A stretch of 25,258 nt of DNA, from assembly GCA_019454875.1 (NCBI GenBank), contig JACFNL010000052.1, positions 1 to 25,258 of the forward strand. The letters run 5' to 3'. The notes below the pieces were generated by a model that had not been told where the DNA came from, did not search any database, and saw nothing but the letters and a program-made list of their open reading frames with translations. The position numbers and the translations under genes are program-made. This document shows positions 19,202 through 25,258 of the stretch, in pieces. The number at the start of each line of letters is the position of its first letter. Positions within the stretch are counted from its first letter, which is position 1. This DNA is from Candidatus Cloacimonadota bacterium. GTDB taxonomy: Bacteria; Muiribacteriota; UBA6191.

Positions 19202-20836
19202 TTAGGATCCTTTTGTATGTTTTTTGATAAACAGTTCAATTAAACCACTGGTAGAGCTGTCGTGAATACCCGGTTTCCCCTCAAAATCAGAAAGAATGGA
19301 TTTAGCCAGCTTTTTACCAAGCTCAACTCCCCATTGATCAAAACTGTTAATTTCCCAAAGAACTCCCTGAACAAAAATTTTATGTTCATAGAGGGCGATA
19401 AGGGCACCGAGGCTGTGGGGAGTCAGTTTTTGCATAAGAATGGTATTGGAGACACGGTTTCCATAAAAGACCTTGTGTGGGGCCAGTTTACGAATTTCCT
19501 CTTCACTTAAATCCGATTTCTTAAGTTCAAAAATTACCTGTTCCAGGTTCAGTCCAAAGGCTAGTGCCTCAGTCTGGGCAAAAAAATGTGACATCAGAAT
19601 TTTGTGGTGTTCTCCAATGGGGTTCAGGGATTCAAAAAAACCGATAAAATCACAGGAGATTTTGTGCGTTCCCTGATGGATCAGCTGATAAAAGGCATGC
19701 TGACCGTTAGTGCCGGGCTCACCCCATAAAATCTGGCCCGTCTGATAGTCTACAATTTGACCGTCCCGATTCACAGACTTACCGTTAGACTCCATATCAA
19801 CCTGTTGAAAATGGGCGGCAAATCGGTGCAGGTACTGGTCGTAAGGCAGGATGGCATGGGAAGGCATGTGATAAAAACTGGAGTACCAGGTACTGATCAT
19901 TGCCAGAATCACAGGCAGGTTTTCCCAGTCGGAGGCTTTACAAAAATGTTCGTCCATCTCATGGGCTCCAGCAAGAAGCTCCATAAACCCCTGTTTGCCA
20001 ATCTGCAAGGCGATGGGCAGGCCAATTACAGACCAGAGGGAATACCTTCCCCCGACAAAATCCCAGAATCCAAAGGCATTGTCAGGATTCATGCCGAACT
20101 CGGCTACAGCTTTTAGATTGGTTGACATGGCAGCAAAATGCAGTGAAACAGCCGATTCTCCCAGGGCATTAATCAGTGCATCTCTGGCTGTAAAAGCATT
20201 GGTCATGGTCTCCTGGGTTGTGAAGGTTTTGGAGGCCACCAAAAATAGAGTGGTTTGCAGATCTACCTTTGCCAGTGTATTGGCAATGTGGGTTCCATCC
20301 ACATTGGAAACAAAATATACAGTGGGCCCATCGGCATAAAATTTTAAGGCTTCACAGACCATGGATGGCCCAAGATCAGAGCCACCAATTCCAATATTGA
20401 TGACGGATTCAAACTTTTTTCCGGTAAAGCCACGACGAGTTCCAGAGCGGATTTCCTCGGAAAACTGAAGCATTCTGGATAATTCCTGATGGATCTGCGC
20501 TACAACATTGACCCCGTCTACAAACACCTTGGATGTGATTGGTGCTCTTAAAGCGGTGTGAAGTACAGAACGGTTTTCTGTCCAGTTGATTTTATCCCCG
20601 CCAAACATTTTTGATATATGTTCTTTAAGCCTGGTCTCTTTGGCTAGAGAAGATAAAAGTTCTTTGGTTTTTTCTGTAATCAGATTTTTGGAGTAATCCA
20701 GAAAAATTCCACAGCTTTCGGTGGAAAACTGCGAAAATCGATTGGGATTTTGCGAAAACAGATCTCTTAGATGCAGATCTTCTACATCATGATAATGATT
20801 TTTTAATGTCTTCCAGGCTGAAGATTGACTTATCAT
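19202..20836 (-). CDS. pgi: Glucose-6-phosphate isomerase
   Basis: 544 aa. PGI signature blocks (FLDYSKN, GIGGSDLGP, GGRYSLWSVIGL, catalytic-region motifs). Its stop TAA abuts the tal ATG (TAAATG). Confidence 0.9.
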   Translation of the reverse strand: MISQSSAWKTLKNHYHDVEDLHLRDLFSQNPNRFSQFSTESCGIFLDYSKNLITEKTKELLSSLAKETRLKEHISKMFGGDKINWTENRSVLHTALRAPITSKVFVDGVNVVAQIHQELSRMLQFSEEIRSGTRRGFTGKKFESVINIGIGGSDLGPSMVCEALKFYADGPTVYFVSNVDGTHIANTLAKVDLQTTLFLVASKTFTTQETMTNAFTARDALINALGESAVSLHFAAMSTNLKAVAEFGMNPDNAFGFWDFVGGRYSLWSVIGLPIALQIGKQGFMELLAGAHEMDEHFCKASDWENLPVILAMISTWYSSFYHMPSHAILPYDQYLHRFAAHFQQVDMESNGKSVNRDGQIVDYQTGQILWGEPGTNGQHAFYQLIHQGTHKISCDFIGFFESLNPIGEHHKILMSHFFAQTEALAFGLNLEQVIFELKKSDLSEEEIRKLAPHKVFYGNRVSNTILMQKLTPHSLGALIALYEHKIFVQGVLWEINSFDQWGVELGKKLAKSILSDFEGKPGIHDSSTSGLIELFIKKHTKGS

Positions 20837-20839
20837 AAA

Positions 20840-21685
20840 TCACTGCTTCCTTTGTTCCTTTAAAATATTTTTGGCATCAGGGTCACTATCTATCAGATCT
20901 TTTAAATCCTCTGAAGCACTGGTATTGGGAAAATCCAACAATACACTTTCTAATACGGTTTTGGCCTCGGTGATTTTTTTTAGTTTCAGAAGGCTGAAGC
21001 CAAAATCATAACGGAGTCTGGCATGGGTTCCATCGGGGTACATTATGGGATCCTTACTGAGAAGATAAAGGCCTTCGCGATAATGCCTTTCTGAAGTCTC
21101 ATAATCCTGATTTTCCAAAAGTTCCTTGGCCAGATTCAGATGTTGCCAGGCCGTTTTAGGATGTACTGGATCAAGTTTAATCTGTAAGTCTTTTATCCCT
21201 TGATCTGGGTTTTGTGCCAGAGTCATTGTCTGCATAAGAAACGGAGGGGCAGAATTGTAATGGATGATGGCCTTACTCAAGATAATACAGCCTACAGCCT
21301 CATTATCAAAATCACATTCTTCTCCTAAAACCGACCCTTCAGGAAGGCTCTGAAAATCTTCGACTAAAAACGGAAGTTCGTCCAATCCGTCTTCATCAGA
21401 AAACTCAAAAAACCTGGGCAGTACAGTGTTTAGTCGATCCCCGGAATCCAGACCAAGAACCAGTAGGGTTTTACCGTTTGAACCAGGCCAGATAAATGCG
21501 GATTTTGGACGGAAATTTTCAAATGTTCCAAGACTAAAACTCTGATCCTTTATTTGAAGACTGAGAGTAAAACCACTTGCCCTGATACAGGGCTGTGTTC
21601 TTGATTCACTACAGAGTCCCAGTTTTTGAATGGGAGTACAATCTGGACTAAAACAGAATATGGCGAATAGAATTAGATAAATCAT
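20840..21685 (-). CDS. Hypothetical secreted or lipoprotein-like protein with a C-terminal TPR-like helical region
   Basis: Hydrophobic N-terminus MIYLILFAIFCFSPDC. C-terminal helical repeats (AKELLENQDYETSERHYREGLYLLSKDP...). Its ATG overlaps the cheB TGA (ATGA at 21682-21685). No recognisable family. Confidence 0.4.
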   Translation of the reverse strand: MIYLILFAIFCFSPDCTPIQKLGLCSESRTQPCIRASGFTLSLQIKDQSFSLGTFENFRPKSAFIWPGSNGKTLLVLGLDSGDRLNTVLPRFFEFSDEDGLDELPFLVEDFQSLPEGSVLGEECDFDNEAVGCIILSKAIIHYNSAPPFLMQTMTLAQNPDQGIKDLQIKLDPVHPKTAWQHLNLAKELLENQDYETSERHYREGLYLLSKDPIMYPDGTHARLRYDFGFSLLKLKKITEAKTVLESVLLDFPNTSASEDLKDLIDSDPDAKNILKEQRKQ

Positions 21686-22728
21686 AACTTTGATTTGTTT
21701 TGTGAAAAATCAAGAATTGCTTCCGAAATGGCTTGCAGTTCCAGGACTTTTACGGCGGCATTCAATTTTACGGCTGCACCAGGCATCCCATATACTACAG
21801 AACTAGCCTCGTCCTGGGCAATAGTGTAAGACCCTGCATTTTTCATCTGTAGAAGCCCCAAAGCTCCATCGCTTCCCATTCCAGTCAGAAGAATCCCCAT
21901 ACAGTTTTTGCCTGCAAGTTTGGCTGCTGATTTAAACAGAACATCTACAGCCGGTTTCTGATAGTTAATCTGGGGGCCGGATCTTAGCTGAATCTGATAA
22001 TCAGCCCCGCTGCGAGACAAGACTAGATGAAATCCTCCTGGAGCTATATATACATATCCAGGCAGAACCGATTCGAGATTTTCTGCTTCCTTGACTTCAA
22101 GAGAGCAGACACGATTCAGGGTTTGGGCAAAGGACTGGGTAAAAACTGGGGGCATATGCTGGACAACTACAATGCCCGGAAGCCCACGGGGAAGAGGTCT
22201 TAATACTTCTTCAATAGCACGGGTTCCCCCGGTAGAGGCACCGATGACGATCAGTTTGTGGGTGGTATCAACATTGGCAAGACTTAGGGAGGGGGCTTTT
22301 TCCTGACTCAGCTTTTGGGTCAGGACTCGCATGGAGACCGTGGATGCTGCCCTGATTTTGTCGGATAACTCCCTCGCCAAAGGGCCTAGTTCAAAGCTAG
22401 AACCGGGTTTGGCTACAACTTCCACAGCTCCATATTCAAAGGCTTTTAAGGCCAGTTCCGAGTTTTTCTGTGTCAGGCTTGAAATAATGATGACCGGGGT
22501 CGGTACAAACTTCATGATTTTTCTTAAAAATGTGATCCCATCCATTTTGGGCATTTCAATGTCTAGTGTGATCACATCGGGCTTGAGGTTGACAATCATA
22601 TCCCGGGCTGTAAATGGTTCGGGAGCGGTGCCAATCACTTCAATATCATCTTCGTTTACCAGGGCATTTTGCAGAGTTGTCCTTACAACGGCAGAATCAT
22701 CAACAATCAAAACCCGGATCTTTTTCAC
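21682..22728 (-). CDS. cheB: Chemotaxis response regulator protein-glutamate methylesterase
   Basis: N-terminal receiver domain (KIRVLIVDDSAVVR...DVITLDIEMPKMDG) plus C-terminal methylesterase (IVIGASTGG...HMPP...GMGSDGA). Confidence 0.9.
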   Translation of the reverse strand: MKKIRVLIVDDSAVVRTTLQNALVNEDDIEVIGTAPEPFTARDMIVNLKPDVITLDIEMPKMDGITFLRKIMKFVPTPVIIISSLTQKNSELALKAFEYGAVEVVAKPGSSFELGPLARELSDKIRAASTVSMRVLTQKLSQEKAPSLSLANVDTTHKLIVIGASTGGTRAIEEVLRPLPRGLPGIVVVQHMPPVFTQSFAQTLNRVCSLEVKEAENLESVLPGYVYIAPGGFHLVLSRSGADYQIQLRSGPQINYQKPAVDVLFKSAAKLAGKNCMGILLTGMGSDGALGLLQMKNAGSYTIAQDEASSVVYGMPGAAVKLNAAVKVLELQAISEAILDFSQNKSKL

Positions 22729-23129
22729 GAAATGGAACCTCTTAATAAAACTACCAGAGAATGGGACTCAAAATTGAATTCTTCACAGATACTGATGGTA
22801 CCTTCTTTGGGAATTCCTGCAACCGGAATTCCTAACTGGTACCTGCCTAAAGGATCGATCTGGTTTAAAAAATTACCAGCGACCATATTGAGAATTTCAA
22901 GGACTGTGGAGTTTGATTGTGCTTCGGAAATGTCATCACCGGAAAGCCCGAGAAAGTTTTCGGTCAGACTTAATGCCAGTTCCTGATCGATTTTAAGGCA
23001 TAAAGTAAGTTCCTCATCAGGGGGGCAGGCTATCGGGACAAAACACTGAAACTGTTTACCTTTTGCTACAACCAGATCCGCCAAAGGGATCATAAAAAAC
23101 ATTTTCTGAAAAACCTCAGAAATCGCCAT
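22725..23129 (-). CDS. cheX: CheX/CheC-like chemotaxis phosphatase-family protein (tentative). Start ambiguous: the ORF runs to 23198, but I prefer a start in the MMMRMAISEV cluster, which overlaps the end of the upstream cheY-like gene.
   Basis: ISEVFQKMFFM near the N-terminus, ...VLEILNMVAGNFLNQ..., and about 135-155 aa length are consistent with CheX-like proteins. Lies between cheY-like and cheB. A 4-nt overlap with the cheB start. Confidence 0.4.
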   Translation of the reverse strand: MAISEVFQKMFFMIPLADLVVAKGKQFQCFVPIACPPDEELTLCLKIDQELALSLTENFLGLSGDDISEAQSNSTVLEILNMVAGNFLNQIDPLGRYQLGIPVAGIPKEGTISICEEFNFESHSLVVLLRGSIS

Positions 23130-23544
23130 CCTCATCATCATTTGCTGTTGTGGGTTGGATATCTGCATTATTTTCCTCCAGAATTGCCAGGATTGCATTT
23201 CTAAGTTCTGTGGGCTGGAATGGTTTTTTCAAATAACCAGCGACCCCTAGTTTTTGGGTCTTTGCGAGAAAGTCTTCTCTACCTTCCGTGGACACTACCA
23301 TCACAGGAAGTTTTTGCAATTCCTGGTTGTTACGAATCTTTTCAATCAGTTCTACCCCACTCATGTTTGGCATATGAATATCGGTGAGAACCATATCAAC
23401 CCATTGTTCATCCAGAAGACAGAGAGCCTCACTGCCACTGCCTGCTTCCAGAACCAGAATTTCCAGTCCTGTCATCCGAAGAATTTTTTTGATCACCACC
23501 CTCATGGCCTCGGAATCATCTACAATCAATATGTTATAAGCCAT
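23116..23544 (-). CDS. cheY: CheY-like single-domain response regulator with acidic C-terminal tail
   Basis: ILIVDDSEAMR...DMVLTDIHMPNMSG...PVMVVSTEG..KPF carries the receiver-domain D/D/T/K positions. Tail is NDDEDGDF. Confidence 0.8.
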   Translation of the reverse strand: MAYNILIVDDSEAMRVVIKKILRMTGLEILVLEAGSGSEALCLLDEQWVDMVLTDIHMPNMSGVELIEKIRNNQELQKLPVMVVSTEGREDFLAKTQKLGVAGYLKKPFQPTELRNAILAILEENNADIQPTTANDDEDGDF

Positions 23545-23555
23545 ACTAACCTCGC

Positions 23556-24044
23556 CTAACCCGTCTGGATTGTGATAGCAGAGTTTCCCTGCTTTAAAAG
23601 TATCAGCCCATCATCAATTTGAATTTCAACGGTTCGACTTGTTGTACCTCCCACAAATTCCTGCTCTAAAAATACATTGTTTTTCCAGAGAATCTTTTGC
23701 AGGGCTGTATAGTTTCTATCCCCGATGTTCATGACATTGGCAGCATCGCGAATCGTAGCACATCCAAAGGCGTAAGCCTTCAAAGAATGTTTGGTGGCCC
23801 CAAATTTGTAACATTCCTTAAACAGAAGTGGTACCGCGGTATCGACATATTTGAATGGATTAAAATCGGGCAGGGAGGTTTTATCTTTACCCTCAGGCAA
23901 AAGGCTGTGAAGCATAGCAGCCAGCTTAAGCTTTTTATCATATAAAACCAGACACAGGCAGGAACCTAAGGCATAGGTTACAATACTTGAGCCTATGGTA
24001 TTACTAACAGCCATATCAGAGATACGAACGACAATTTTTGACAT
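23556..24044 (-). CDS. cheD: Chemoreceptor glutamine deamidase/methylesterase CheD
   Basis: About 160 aa. IVTYALGSCLCLVLYD...AAMLHSLLP matches the CheD G-S-C-V/L...YD...MAH.MLP core. Confidence 0.75.
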   Translation of the reverse strand: MSKIVVRISDMAVSNTIGSSIVTYALGSCLCLVLYDKKLKLAAMLHSLLPEGKDKTSLPDFNPFKYVDTAVPLLFKECYKFGATKHSLKAYAFGCATIRDAANVMNIGDRNYTALQKILWKNNVFLEQEFVGGTTSRTVEIQIDDGLILLKQGNSAITIQTG

Positions 24045-24052
24045 GGCAGTAT

Positions 24053-24862
24053 TTACCGTTTCACCTGATAGACGGAAGATTTAACAAACTGTAGGCCGTG
24101 ATCTGTTTTACTGAGGGCTTCAGAAAGTCCGACGATCAGATAACCCTCTTTACGGATACAGGTTTTAAATTTGTCCACCAGCTGTTTTTGGGTCTCGGAG
24201 TTAAAATAAATCATGACATTACGACATAACACCAGATCAAACTTGTGACGGAAGGGAAAGGGTTGCATCAGGTTAAAATGCCGGAAGCGGATTTGTTGTT
24301 TTAATGCCTCATGAATCCTGAAATAACCGTCTTCAATCTCCTCGAAATATTTGTCTCTAAGAGAAGGGCTGATTTCAGCCAGGGCTTCTTCCGAGTAAAT
24401 TCCGGCCTGAGCAAATCTGAGTACCTTGGTTGAAATATCGGTAGCCAGAAACTGGATGTTCCAGGATTTTGGTTCAGGCAGATGTTCCAAAAGATGAATA
24501 AGGACAGAATAAGGCTCCTGTCCTGAAGAACAGGCTGAGGACCAGACACGGATTTCTCGTTTTTGTTGTTTAAGAAGTTCAGGAATGAAGCGGTCACGAA
24601 TAAAATCAAAGTGCTGGATTTCTCGAAAGAAGCGGGTGACATTGGTAGATACCACATCAATAAACTCAGTCAGTAGCCTGGGTTCTCGGCCACTTTCCAG
24701 AGTCTCCAGAAGTGATTTGTAGTCAGGAATTTTCTCCCGTCGCATAAGCTTTGTAAGGCGGGATTGCAAAAGCGACTTTTTGTCTGGACGGATATGGATT
24801 CCGCTGTTTTTATAAACAATCTCTGCAAATTGTTTAAAACACTGTAACGAGAGCTCACTCAT
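24053..24862 (-). CDS. cheR: Chemotaxis protein methyltransferase CheR
   Basis: The N-terminal helical domain carries the FxxxxxRLxxxxR motif and the VTRFFRE-type motif (here NVTRFFREIQHF). SAM-dependent MT fold with VWSSACSSGQEPYS. Confidence 0.85.
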   Translation of the reverse strand: MSELSLQCFKQFAEIVYKNSGIHIRPDKKSLLQSRLTKLMRREKIPDYKSLLETLESGREPRLLTEFIDVVSTNVTRFFREIQHFDFIRDRFIPELLKQQKREIRVWSSACSSGQEPYSVLIHLLEHLPEPKSWNIQFLATDISTKVLRFAQAGIYSEEALAEISPSLRDKYFEEIEDGYFRIHEALKQQIRFRHFNLMQPFPFRHKFDLVLCRNVMIYFNSETQKQLVDKFKTCIRKEGYLIVGLSEALSKTDHGLQFVKSSVYQVKR

Positions 24863-25258
24863 TCAATAGAGTCCAATACTACTAGTTCTTCCTGGGATAA
24901 AATCCCGTTGATATCCAGAAGGGTTTTGATCTGATTTCTGACCTTGGCCACACCTAGAATAAATTTGGGATCAAAGTTGTTCCCAAATTTAGGCGTTTTT
25001 TCCACAATGTCGGGGGTGACTGTCAGGACTTCGCAGACCGTATCCACAATCAGTCCCATCGTAAACGCCGAGTTGTTAGTATTAAGTTCGGTTACCACAA
25101 TACAGGTTTTATCATCGTAATCAGCGGCTTTTAACTCAAATTTTAATCTCAGATCAATCACCGGGATAATTTTCCCCCGAAGATTGATGATTCCTTTGAC
25201 AAAATCAGGCGACATTGGAATTGGAGTAATATCCATCAGACCCACTATTTCCTTAATT
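24859..25258 (-). CDS. cheW: Chemotaxis coupling protein CheW, 5' end beyond the window edge
   Basis: IKEIVGLMDITPIPMSPDFVKGIINLRGKIIPVIDLRLKF matches the CheW core (VQEI.G......IP..P.F.KGV.NLRG..VPVVDLR). The frame is open to the window end. A 4-nt overlap with the cheR start. Confidence 0.8.
   Translation of the reverse strand, partial: IKEIVGLMDITPIPMSPDFVKGIINLRGKIIPVIDLRLKFELKAADYDDKTCIVVTELNTNNSAFTMGLIVDTVCEVLTVTPDIVEKTPKFGNNFDPKFILGVAKVRNQIKTLLDINGILSQEELVVLDSIE

Noticed and set aside
19757-20339. Two plus-strand ORFs (119 and 114 aa) inside pgi
   Set aside because: Antisense to glucose-6-phosphate isomerase. No motifs. Chance ORFs.
22091-22986. Plus-strand ORFs (71, 148 and 105 aa) across cheB and cheX
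   Set aside because: Antisense to well-supported chemotaxis genes. Low-complexity translations.

Overview
Bacterial chromosomal window of roughly 44% GC, densely coding, with no rRNA, tRNA, CRISPR or obvious insertion sequences. All calls below come from reading motifs and junctions by eye; no searches were run. The layout suggests a Gram-negative organism with spirochaete- or deltaproteobacteria-style chemotaxis (cheX and cheD are present), but the taxon cannot be fixed from this sequence alone.

Plus strand, left to right:
- 18..257: a small HNH endonuclease-like ORF.
- 238..732: an AAC(6')-I-like GNAT acetyltransferase whose start overlaps the end of the HNH ORF.
- 800..2617: a multi-pass membrane HAMP / class III nucleotidyl cyclase.
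- 2678..5290: a large secreted protein with a roughly 170-residue Gly-Ser/Asp tandem-repeat linker followed by a HEVAH zincin-like motif.
- 7615..8952: an adenosine deaminase family gene interrupted by a single in-frame TAG at 7981-7983.
- 8965..10356: a compact 463-aa protein with clear similarity to eukaryotic major vault protein (N-terminal MVP-type repeats, shoulder domain, coiled-coil cap helix). This is the most unusual item in the window.
- 14332..15690: hemN.

Minus strand:
- 6557..5277 and 7534..6554: an RlmI-like SAM methyltransferase translationally coupled to a DUF445-like membrane protein.
- 14284..10363: a tight operon yihY/brkB - CBS - hmgA - hppD.
- 25258..15834: a roughly 9.4 kb run of tightly packed or overlapping co-directional genes. 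In order they are cheW (5' truncated by the window edge), cheR, cheD, a cheY-like gene, a cheX-like gene, cheB, a secreted TPR-like hypothetical, pgi, tal, a secreted ankyrin-repeat protein, and an acetyl-CoA hydrolase/transferase fused to a GNAT domain.
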